Below, piece after piece: positions 1-12,003 of a DNA stretch of 64,000 nucleotides. Both the position numbers and the translations under genes were made by a program. The notes under the pieces were generated by a model. That model made no database searches. It had not been told where the DNA came from and was given only the letters and a program-made list of their open reading frames with translations. The stretch comes from Fimbriosthenelais zetlandica. Its lineage: Eukaryota. The DNA lies in the NCBI GenBank assembly GCA_977030845.1, contig OZ365115.1, positions 20,708,001 to 20,772,000 of the forward strand, given 5' to 3'. The first letter of the stretch is position 1, and every line of letters begins with the position of its first letter.

Positions 1-3000
1 TAAGACAAGTATCTGTTGTGCACATACTAAATATTATATATATATCGGACACCTAAACGGGTTAACCACAGTGATATTTATAATGCTTTTCCCCAGATGT
101 ACTGGTAGTTTGTAAGGAAATGTAATTGTAATTCCCTTTATGACTTGATATCGAGTTATTGTGCGTCACTTTAGTTCAATATGATGATGTTGAATAGATC
201 ATGACTTATTAATGAGCTGCACATACTTGCCATTATTGAAGGAAAAGGTTTAATATTTATGTGGATGATTAGTGCTGATGGTTAACGATTGTACCTCATT
301 AAAGCCATGGCATTATGACTAAAAAAAGTCTAAAACAAACTATATGGATGTGAACTATATAGGCATTGATAGGATATAAATAATTATAATTGTGGATAGC
401 CTACGTGGCCTACTTCTAGTAACCCTAAAGATTTGTATGGAAGCATGAAGTCTGATATTGCCTAGATGTTTATCAGGAATACCAATGAAGCAAAACACGG
501 ACATCAGATGAAATCCTCATGGTTGTGATCAGTTAATTACCTATACATTGATCTTGTGAGGTTAAGTGCAAAAAATCCTGAAGATGTGAAACCATTGCAA
601 GATGTATATATGTAATTGCTACATTGAATCTAGTCAGCATTAATTTTGCTATTCTTGGCTCTATTCCTGAATGATAGTTAACTCCGAAATCATGAGATTA
701 ATCTACGTTAGATGCAGTGTAGGACTTGTGTTATTGCCAACTGGGTCTCAGTATTGTACATTAAACTGCCAAGTAAGTTTAAGAACATAATGGGAAGAAT
801 AAGAATGATACCGGTTCGAATTTTGAATTTCAGAAATATACTTAATTGGTTTACTTACGGGCTATCCAACAATATATATTGTCCCACATAAAACCAATTT
901 AGTTTGGTTTCTTTTATATGCACCTGTACTTTTATGTATTGTGTAGTACTGTAGAGTCTGTACATATCGTTTTCTGTAATTTTATATATTATATGTGTAT
1001 AAAAATGAAAGTGAATTATGATCTCCAACAATATATTTCTATAAGGACCATCCTGGAATTTTAAAACTTATTCTTGTCTGTGGTTAATCATCGACGTATG
1101 AAATTATACGTGTAATTATGTTCGAAAATTTTATATTTTATATTCAGGAATGTCTCGTATGGTAAGAACAAGTCAAGAGATTGTGAAAAGGTCATAGAAA
1201 ATTGTTACTTCCTGATCATGGTTCATGTGCCAAAATAATTGCCTTCAGTGGCTGCATTAATGTGTATAATTATAATAATATTTGATCTTATGATGATTTC
1301 ATATCGCAGTATAACCTATTTTCATCTGAGGAGTAGTCAAGCATCTTATTCTAGTCATCTTTCCTCTGTCAAGATTACGTTGAAAATCTTCTTGGAGAGG
1401 AGGTTGAATATCCACACCTGGCCATAGGTGGCCAGGCACCATCATGACTTAATAACTCGCTGAACTAAAACCAAGAAAGGTAAATGATCTGGTGTTTTAA
1501 GAATTACAAATTGTTTATCCAATGTTTCGTTGCCACATGTCTCTCACTGATATATATAAAATTAATTGGTATAATATCCACAATGGGTTACTTGGTAATG
1601 GAACCCGGACAAAGAAAATGTGTAGTACTGGCCTCTACTGGGTACCAGAAGAACCAACAGTGGGTGGTTTTAGAAACGGCCGATAGGGCGTAAATACCAA
1701 GTGTATTCCCTGACAACTCTGGTACTTTATTCCTGTTTAATGTCCCTGTGCCAATCCATAGAACTCTAACAGTTCTATGGCGTTACAGTTCTCTGGCCAA
1801 TCATAATCAAACACTTCAAGAGTGGAGTCATGAATGTTGTATTTCAAGATTTGCTAAAATATGGTATCACTTATTATAATGATTTAATATGGGATGCATA
1901 ATGCTGCACATCTGTGTCTAATTTATCAGATATTTGTGATAAGATTAACATCTACCTATACCTTTCCCTCGCCCTCAGGGGAGTAGATTTACATATATAA
2001 ATACTAGACCCTATCTGGGATTAGTCATCCTTGCATAGATTGCTTCAGTTCATCCTCACCGCCCCCCCCCCCTATCTGTGGATATATACACTGCATCTTT
2101 GGATCTATAGTTATACATGTATACTAATTTTTGTATATATTTTTTACATTTGATTTTAGAATTTATGTGCGTTTGTTTTTCTCTGTTGTATGTAATACAG
2201 AAATCTAGTACATATGTTTAGGTTTTTTTTTTGCGGACATTGTAGAATTAATTATTTTCGGAGAATAAATCTTATACTGAGAACCATAAATTAAATGCAC
2301 TTTGAACAATAATAATTTTGTGATTTAAGTAAATATTAGGCGTAAAAGCAATAATTACCTTCTTACATTGCAAAACCCTATTGTTTGTAATTAACCCAGA
2401 GTTTAATTAGTTTAATTAGTGACCAAGATAGAGTGAAAGCCTCGTGTTATCTGCCAAGTATACCCTACAATAAAGATGTAATTAAAAAGTAATTTGGTGC
2501 CTTCCTTCATTATTTCTGCTAGATGTTCATTTTCAAATTAGCAACACAATGCCCGTTTAGTGCACTCTCAGTGTTAATTTTCGCAGTTATCTCCCAATCT
2601 TTGCGGCGTGTAGCTTAAGTACATGGCCTAAGGTTATATGTATATGCCTAATGATAGTTTTGATCTTAAGATCTTGATTTAGACATATTCAGCGGGTCTC
2701 TGATTTGCAGAAGAACGGGACAGGTTCACATCTTGGGTGGTAGTATAAATTAAGCCTCATCACCTATAATACGGAGGACAACGAACTTAAAAACGGACAG
2801 ATTTTGAATGATTGGGTGATTAATATGAATGAGGTCAAGTTAAATCCTCTTGTGTAATATATCTTCTTATGTCTCTTTTCTATTTTATATCTCAAAATAC
2901 CTCTGACAGAAGAAGTGTAAAAATGTAATAATAATCAAGGATTCAGGGTTATTTCGAGTTGTATTAGCCTGCTAAAATAGGACAGCCTTGTTTCGTAATG

Positions 3001-5274
3001 AATTATTTTTGATTAAAATAATTTGTCATTTTTCTCTTCAGAACCACCTATTTGTGTTTATTCTGAAATCATCTACATTGGTAAATTTTCGAAATGCCAG
3101 TCTTATTGTATTTGAATTCATTTTAAAATTTAGTTATTTAAAATCAATGTATTTTAATAACCATGCAAGAGTGAGTGGGAAATACTCCGGGCATTTATGG
3201 CTAAGATTATAATATGGTCCATGAACCATTACTAACCTTGTAATGTATGTTATATAAGACACTAATTACAATAGAAACTTACCTGTATAGGTAAGCATGT
3301 ATGAATTGAAAGATAATACCCCCTGCCTAACAAACAAAGACAAAAATTCCAGAGTGAAAAAGAAGCTTCCATGCGGCCTCATCCGCAACCCATCCAGGCA
3401 CTTCTTACCGCCGCTTCATTATCCCAATAATTACAATGCAATTACAACAATTAAATTGTAGATACATTCATCAGGGCAGGTCAGCCTCTCGTCACGAGCA
3501 GATAAATCCTGACGGACTGTGATGAGTCCCTCCCCAAACGCGCTGCTCTCAATGCACACGCTCCCATTTAATAATAGTCGACAAAAATAATGTTATAAAT
3601 CAATCGCCTAATAGTATACAGTATCAGAACATTTTGGAATAAAATAATATAAAAATTTAACTATACATATCAAGACTTTTACAGAAAGAAAACCACTGAT
3701 ATATTCGATGAAAAGATAAGGCCCCAGTTCTTTGTGATTAAGAAATATTAAAGCTAATTTAAACACGATCCCTATTGGGTTTTCAAAAAAAATATCAGAA
3801 TTTTAAAGCAAGCAGGTCACACGCGTTATTTCATTGAAGAAAAAATAATTACTTTTGTCTCGCTTCTAACAGTAACATATGGAAAATTGCCTCAGCGCAA
3901 GCCTACTTATTAAAATTTTAATTATCAGAATTAACTCCTTCAAGGTAACAAATGATTGTATACCGGTATACGGCGTGTGTGGTATATGACTGAAGGGAAT
4001 TATTCCTCTCATATCAATTAGAAAGGTCTTTCATTAAATTCCCTTTAATCTCCGCGCCCCACACACACAGTATGGTACCCATATTGTACGGGGATCCCAA
4101 GCTATATGGGCGCAGCGAGCGGGAGGGTGTTACTGTTAGGCCTAAGCCACGAACCATAGGGCCTACCCGCCTGAATGAGAAAACCTCCTCCCTACCCCCA
4201 CCCTTCCACGCCACTCCCACCCACCCACACACCAAAAAAAACATGCCAACCCACTCGCGCACCTGGGGTAGTTAGCGCGGCCAGTGGTTTGACCAGTGCC
4301 CGCTGACATAAAGACACGTATACATAAAAAGACAGTGAGAATGTATAATCACCGTGTAATAAGGCTCCCAATCTGCCCTAATACCAGTATAGACCAGTCG
4401 ATAATGACACGGGTTCATCCTACAAGTCGGAAATTGAAGGTACGTACCGTATTTTCTCAGATAACTCGGGTAATAGGAAGGTAAGCACATGTTCGGTGAA
4501 GCGGTGCGTTTATTGGCGTCCGCCATGCATGGTTCGACTCATCCGTATATCGTATCTAAAATGAAGTAGGCCTATCAAACAATGATGTAACACGCTAAAG
4601 CTTCCAAGAAAGTCAATTTGAGGTGTACGATACTTAGGACTACACGTGTAGGCATATATTTTGCGTTCTGTGCTTGTGTCTCTAAAATGGTTTTACGGTA
4701 GACCTATTTTGCTCAATTATCGTCCATGGGATAATACTACTTTTAAACTTATGTCCACTTCCTATGGTAATACCACAGTTTGTAACATTTGTAACGGAGG
4801 TATTATATATTCTTACGTGGGTTAAATGTAGGTTAAACTATCCATTTACGGTCTTAGCCAATTTGAAGTCATTCTGATATTTTGTTTATATGACGCTTTG
4901 TCAACTGCCGAGAAGTGAATACGCTCATAGACATAAAATCGATTTATGTCTATGGTGGACTATATAGAACTATTGGTTATGTCTTCTTTAGGTCTATGGT
5001 TTAATCTTTTTTCCCTATAGGCCTACTTTTAATATATATGTAGGGGGCCTGATTTATTGGGCCAGTAGAACGCTGGAGAAACATTGAATGTTGACATACG
5101 ATTAGGCCTACTGAGAACCATACGTGAAAAACTGTTTCCAAACTGGTTGTTTAACATATGTGATCAAGTTAAAATGTTCTACAAGGAAACACTTATTAAT
5201 TTACTAATCCAGAAAATGCGAAGTAGGGGGATCATATTTTGTCCACAGGGTAACGTCCATTGATGACGTATGAG

Positions 5275-5290
5275 CCACAGGGTGGCAGCA
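5275..5290 (+). promoter_or_regulatory. CTCF-like binding motif
   Basis: CCACAGGGTGGCAGCA versus consensus CCASYAGRKGGCRS (2 mismatches); lies in a CpG-richer, TAGGCCTA-rich zone. Confidence 0.35.
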
Positions 5291-5999
5291 CCGTGTTTTT
5301 ACCGCACCAATCTCAAGCAAGCGAAACCTCTTGTTTTGCATTTTAGTTGGTGACAATATATTGTTTTTTTTGGTGTGTCAAAACAGATTAAAAGTGAGGG
5401 TTCATGTTGTGTTGGTCTGTTTTGTTTCCGAGAGGAAAGACTTGAATATAGAGCACAATTTAAAATGGAAACTCCAGATGTTTATTGACGTAGGGCATGC
5501 AGACACTTGAGTTTCGAGTTGCAGCCCAGGTTGCAGCCTACAATAAACCTTGTGATGCTTCGATATAAGGCCATTCAAATCCTTCCAAAATTGGATAACA
5601 GTCGGGTACAAATTTTACCTAGCTATAATTATCCCTCGGTACCAACATTTGATTCAGATGAAATGTAGGGCCTACTGATAGGCCGATAGGCCTAATGGCC
5701 TAGCTATGTCGACCTACCTGAACTATAGAAATCACGTCGTGCTGGGTCTTCAGTATTCAGCAGTGGAATTATAGGCTTGAATCAGGCAAATATGTTTTCA
5801 AATTAATTATGAATTTTAAAGACTATACTGCTTACACCTCCTTGCATGACGACTAACAAAATCCAAACGAAGAAAAGAAATAGACCTATATGTCAATAAT
5901 CCCGGGCAATAATCAGGCTTCTAAAACAAAACAGACACTTTTAAATTTGATTCAAGTTTTAAAAAGACCACAATTCATTCCTCTTTTCATCAAATAGGG

Positions 6000-6500
6000 C
6001 TGGTTATTTTCAATGGAAGGGTGCCACATACGTGTGTGGCCTGGAAAGTTGATGTGTTCCCCTGTTTTTGGTTGAAGACGCCAGCATGCGAGTGTTCAAT
6101 GGTGACACTTGGTGATGGAGAAAAAGTAGTCCCATCTTTGTCAAACGTGAAAGAGCAGTCAGGTCTTAGCGAGTGGAGGAGGGGGGGACATTCGAGCTTT
6201 GCGTGTCCTGTCGATATACAATAATGCAGGTGCACGATCTTAGGTCAAACCACATAAGAAAAACCAATGGAAATCTAATACTCAAGTGTATGATTGCTGT
6301 TAAAAAGGAAAAGGCTGACGATTTCATATACACAAACCGCCTCCAAGGCCGTTTCAGTTTCATAGTCATCGGATAAGGCGAGGGTATTTAGGGAATGTAA
6401 GAAATTTGGGCTTGATTGAATGAATTTCGAGACGAGTCAGGAAACTGTTGAGAAAAAATTGTGAAGCTTGTCCGATGAGGTGGATATTTAAAATGGGACA
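6000..6500 (-). mobile_element. Decayed L1/Tx1-type LINE ORF2 fragment (pre-RT and RT start)
   Basis: Minus frame reads DKLHNFFSTVS*LVSKFIQSSPNFLHSLNTLALSDDYETETALEAVCVYEIVSLF...ISIGFSYVV*PKIVHL. This matches the L1/Tx1 pattern FYxxLY...FLxSLxLxxLSxE...LExxITxxEI...DGLPxEFYxxFW. In-frame stops are present. Confidence 0.5.
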
Positions 6501-6859
6501 AATTACAAAGTGCAGACGTTGGTAAATAATTGAGATTTTCATGGTGAGAATAGGGAAGGTGAGCTGGATACTGTAGGGACCTGTAACCATGTAAGACAAT
6601 ATTTTAATGTAGGCAATGGAAGATTGTATTACGCTGAATAAAACATCCTCCGTGTCACACATTAAGGAAATAACTAATATTAATCAGAAATGATTGGTAA
6701 TCATATTACTAAGTCAGTATTACTATAATTACATATATTTTAAACATCCACTTTGTCTCTGCAGTAAACACCTTCATCTCAGGTAATATTCTGATTTGAT
6801 TGAGTTTGTATGCAGACTTGTCCAAAGTTTCATTTTCCAAAATCATACCCGAACTCATC

Positions 6860-7030
6860 CATGCAGCCATCTTTCCATCTCTCTATGTATCCCTCCCACC
6901 CTACCTCCCCTATCCTTCCTTCTCTCCCCTATCCCTCCATCCCCAACCCCTCTTCCCTCCCATCCATCCAACCATTCCTCATCCCATCCATCCATCTATC
7001 CATCCTTCCATAGATACATGCATCCCAGAT
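6860..7030 (+). repeat. Pyrimidine-rich low-complexity / degenerate (CCAT)n tract
   Basis: Runs such as catccatccaaccattcctcatcccatccatccatctatccatcc explain the three overlapping Pro/Ser/His ORFs at 6796-7066. Confidence 0.85.
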
Positions 7031-10000
7031 AAGCTCTCATACATCTCCTTACATTTGGCGAGATAACCATTTGATACACATGGCAACCTCAATGTTGCTG
7101 GAGTGGAAGGAGCCCACTGACTATCATTGTGAATATCTTCTTGGTCTTAAAAAAAGAAAGAAGGGTGGGTTGGGGAGGTGTAACGGCTTATAGGCAATGG
7201 ATTCCGTTTCATGGTCGTCAATTTCAGGACGTTTAGATCATGTCTTTTAAAGTGTCCCTGATTCAACTAAAATCATGAGTGTGAAGCCCTTGGGGAAAGG
7301 GACCACTTCTAAGTCTTTCAACTCAGACTTTCTGCCATCAGCACTTGCCTGTCATGGACGGCGAGGGAACAAAAAGCCATATATCAAAGCTGAATCCAAA
7401 AGAACTGAACTGACGAAGGTTTCCAGGCTAGGCTAATAAATCAAAAGGCCTCGGTGTGAAAAAACTTCTAGCAGTCCCCACAAGACCTTCAGTTCCTTTC
7501 AGACTACATGGCGTTCCTTGCCAATCATATCTGCCTTGCCAGACAGGGACGAATTTTCTAAATCACACTATTTCATCATTTGGAAGAGGAAATAACGTTG
7601 CGATTTGTGGAAATCATTCTTGAGTCAACCAGCCAGCTGGGGTGGTCAGATTATGGTGGGGGAAAGGAGCAAGATGAGGGACAGAGGGAAGCAAAAAGTA
7701 GGTGGAAAGGTTGGAGAAAATGGAGGAAGAGAATCTAAAAAAGAAAAGGGAGGAATAGGAGAAGAGAAAGTATATTGGAAAAGGAGTACAGCTTGCACTG
7801 AGACCTTTTTCAAAGTATATAGCTCGAGATTTTCTTGGAATTCTTTGGACAGCGGAGAATGACAGCCTGCATTACCACGAAGAGATTTTTGAATGACATT
7901 TATAATGGTTGCATATAAACCAGACAGATTATATAGGATGTCGCGGGTTCACCTTATCTTAAACAATGGGGGCTTATCTTACGAGTGTAAGCTGCACAGC
8001 AGTTTCATAGCGTTTTGCAGCTTTAATTAGTTCACCGGGTTAGTTCAGCAAACAGTCACTGTTGTCAGCACCTCTGCCAGTTTTAACCATCAACCTGCAG
8101 TTATCTGGGATTTCTTCATTGTTCCAGCCAGATCCCTTGCAGGTTCCTTTGATTTGCCAGGTTATTCCTACTGGAATTTTTTTTCCAGGTGTTTGAGTGC
8201 ACGGTTAATCTAAAAATAAGCATAGCATTTTTATTGTAAGCCAGTGAATGTAATATTGATAACCTTGAATATTGATAACCTTCAGAGAGTACAAGATAAA
8301 TCTATTGTAAACCATGGTAAGGTATTATGAGCAAAAATAAAAATACGTGACCAACACAATAAAAAAAATCACATCACAACTGGCCAAATTAGACCCACGC
8401 GGAAATGCCAATATAACATCTCGTATATATACACCATTATCTGAATAGCCACTACTGATTGGAACCAATAAATGAAGAATATTATTCATGGACAGTAAAA
8501 AGTACACTTCCACCATCGTATCTGGGCGGTGGCAAATGGTAGATATAATATTAATATTTGACCTCTTTTGTAGCTGCGGTGGCGTCGGCGGGCAATAAAT
8601 GCTCAGAGTGATTTTTTAATATTTTTTTACATGTATTATTATTTTTAAGAGAGGAGCAATGCTTTGAAATGCTTTATGGGAGAGTAGGACAAAAAACTAA
8701 GTGCTTCATGTTGTATAATTGAGTGACAAGTAGTAAGCTATTGTAAATTACATTTATTACATTACCCATATTATGTAGGATGTATTCATAAATGAAAGCC
8801 TATTTTTAATAGTATTTATATAATAAGATAGTATTGTACTAACTAATTTTATGTGCATTAGAATGAGATGGCTTTTTATGTACTATTAATATTCGAGGAT
8901 TTCTGTGGCGATCACCTAGCTGCGGGTTTCCTATAATTATATAAAGGTTTATACAATGGGAAAAAGCTGTTCGTACTTACAATGCATGTTCTTATTAAAC
9001 CCATGCGTCATTGTAGGACACAACTGTGCTCTTCACATATAATACATTCAAAGGGCGCTGAATCAGATCTTCAGTATAGTCATTATTTTCCCTTTCCATG
9101 TATAACTATTATAAAGAACGTGTGAATCCGTATTTAAATATTTTTTATAATGAGAAGAATGTTCAGCAGCATGTCAAGGGGACTTTGTGAAACATCAACA
9201 AACTCCCATCTTTACCAGTAAACTAAATGAGCCACATACCCCAGCTTGTATAAATATATAGACTACATATGGCAGTTCAGCTGTTCCTCTTATAATATCG
9301 AGTGGTCTAGAAGTGGAGGGAAACCCAGATAGACTCACTTGGACACTTGCGTTGCAATTAGCTTGTCCTTTGTCTGAATAATTTCAAAATACGTTATAAA
9401 ATATCCAGCTGTTTAATACATATATATAGGGATATGATAAGAATAGATAATAGGCATTTCTGACCCACGCTTACCTTGCCCTGCCCAACCCTATGTACTA
9501 CATGCCATCCATTAGCTTTATCCATAACGTTATAGCTTGAAAACATTTTTCAGGTTGTCCTTCTCTGAGGAATTTCTGCCATCTGATAAAAACTGTTTAA
9601 TTAAATTAAAAGCCACCGTAGCTACCGTTATAAATGTGCCTCTTTCCTGCTTCCCCCATTCCTCGTTGGACAATTGGCAAGCCCTGTCAGTATACCTCGC
9701 AGCCACAAGTTTAAAAACAGAAAGAAAAACAAAATAAAACCAACACTTACAAACAAAACATTTTCCCATGCGAAAATTTGCCTAAACTTTGGGGCTTATA
9801 CGCCTTATATATTGGTCCACGATTATAGGATACCTGTACATTGCAAAGGCAAAGTAATTATGAAAGTCATTACCTATATTGTGATTTTGAAATTTATACC
9901 TCTAATAATCACGTCCAGACTGAGTTTGGTTTTGATAGAATTATTTGAATGAGGCACACATATGTTGATTACATATGCTAAGATTCCTTTGTTAGCAACT

Positions 10001-10549
10001 CAATATCATAATGTTGTGAGTCATACATAAAAAATAGGATTCAAAGGATTTGATCGATGAAGAAATATATTTCTGATTAGAAATGAATATATTGTGCTTC
10101 AACCACTAGAATTCTACCAGTATTATGAATGACTTCAATTTTTACAATGGGATATAATACAGGAGGTAGGACCATTGAAGCCCAATGCTGTCTCGCCACT
10201 CAAAAACGATTTTCTATTATCTTGTTAGTACTGCTACATTGCGCATACACCAAACACACACAAACCAGACATGGGAATAAACTGGGAAAGAGTATGACAT
10301 CTGAGTGGGAAATAATCATATTAAAGGTGTGATCATTGATGTAGACATTATACTTTATGTACACTCTGATATACTACCTCTCCCACCTTGACTGCTTGTC
10401 CTTTAGGGACATATCTCTAGCTTACCCACTGGAGGATTGCATTGCCTAGCTAGATTTTGGATGACTCAAGGGAGCAAATGAAGGAGCTTGCCTTGACTTG
10501 AGGGGTAGAGGGGGAGGTTTGGCCTGTCACTCGTATAACTTGGGGTTAA

Positions 10550-11330
10550 AAATCGTCTGTGTGTAGGATATATAGACTGGGAGCTAGGGGGAAAACTTAT
10601 GCTCAGACCAAGGAGTTCGCCTACGATTTCTCCCTCCGTTTTACATCGGCTAACTGTCCAGTTTATATACACGTGAATACAGTGGATGGAAGGCCAGGGA
10701 GAAAAGGCAGTTGTCAGTTGTTCTCTCTCTCACTCGACAGAGAGTGATTGAAGTTTTTTGAGTTTTCAAGTGATCGGGAGAGCAACCACGGTGCACAGAG
10801 TGTGAGCGACTGGGGGAATGGACGATGGTGGTGTCTCTACTACCAATGTGGTAGTAGTTGTAGTTGATAAGGAGAGATAGAAGCCATGGATTAAACTATT
10901 CTGGATTTTAGGGCGATTTAGTGGCCAATGGAGCAAAGCGTGTGGCAATCTGCCTGGTGGAAAGCAAGAAGTCAGTCATGGAGGTGGAGGAGACAGGAGT
11001 GGATGAAAGAGTCAAATAATATTATTAGGAACATATTATATATCATCTTTTGAACCTGACAGCATATCTTGTTAATTGAGGTGTGCTCGCGAGGGAAGGT
11101 TTGCTAGTACTTCAAAGAGAGGAGGGGGAAGGTAAAGAAGCATTGCTTGGCTTTCTTGCTCGATGGCGCACTGGCAGGCGTCTTCAGGGACTGGCGAGAG
11201 CTGCTCTAAGCTGATGTAAGAGGCAGGAATCTGCCTACCGGAGGAGCAGGAGCAGGAGCAAGAGGAGAGTGAAAAGGCAGGGAGCTAGGTGGGTGTGTGT
11301 CTGTGCGGCTTGCTCCTTCACTGCTGCCCA
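10550..11330 (-). mobile_element. Decayed LINE (CR1/L2/Jockey-like) reverse transcriptase fragment
   Basis: One minus frame reads HHRPFPQSLTLC...ENN*QLPFLPGLPST, resembling YRPISLT...QxGFRPGRST. It is followed by VFPLAPSLYILHTDDF, resembling GSVLGPLLFILYTNDL. Motif order is correct, with stops and an internal deletion. Confidence 0.45.
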
Positions 11331-11822
11331 TTCTGGACCCAGCTTTTGGTCCTCATCATTTCATTTCAAGACTAAACTGAAGCGGGTGAAAACTAGTGAA
11401 TATCACTCCAGAACTGCTCTCTCAGCTCGCTCATTCCTCCAGTGGCCTTGATCTGGAGTGAGATACTTCCTCCTAGTGTAGTTAATCCTCACAGTCTCCC
11501 ATGGCCTCCTCCTGAGCTCTTACCGAGTCGCTCCTTCCCTCAGGAGGGAGATCCACCCGTCAGGCACCTCTATATGTCCATACACCTCTCCTCCAGGAGA
11601 GGATTACATACATGTTTATATTGTAAGTACCATGAAATATGTACATACGAAGATACGTTAGGAAATGAAATAAAAATGAATTTGAATGCTAAATCAGATC
11701 TATAAATTCCAATGCATTAGGAACTCGGTTCCAGATTTTTGACTTAATATGTTACAATGATTAATTTTAATATTCATGTCATTGCCCTGTCCCGTCCTTC
11801 TTTGCCCCAGTCATTTTATTAA

Positions 11823-12003
11823 TTAGTCAGACAGTCAATCCATCAGTCAGTCTGTCACTTACTGACTGTTAGTCAGTTAGTCCACCAGCCAGTCAGTCAG
11901 TAAAAATTATACTGGCCAGTCAGTGAAGCTAACACTCACTCAGTCAATGAGTCAGCCCACCAGCGAGTCAGTTAGTCAGTCAGTCAGTCCTCAGTCGTCA
12001 GTT
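11823..12003 (+). repeat. Degenerate (CAGT)n microsatellite
   Basis: Many CAGT/AGTC units, e.g. gtcagttagtcagtcagtcagtcctcagtcgtcagt. Confidence 0.85.

Noticed and set aside
1756-1780. 10-bp perfect inverted repeat ccatagaact-ctaac-agttctatgg
   Set aside because: Short enough to occur by chance in 64 kb; no terminator or TIR context.
3275-3290. ACTTACCTG as the 5' end of U1 snRNA
   Set aside because: The downstream sequence does not continue as U1 and has no Sm site context; it is an antisense splice donor.
7983-9582. Four-exon minus-strand chain (9475-9582, 9339-9408, 8981-9105, 7983-8209) with good GT-AG sites
   Set aside because: No frame stays open across the exons, and GTRAG donors occur about every 600 bp by chance at this composition. 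A lncRNA or pseudogene cannot be excluded without RNA-seq.
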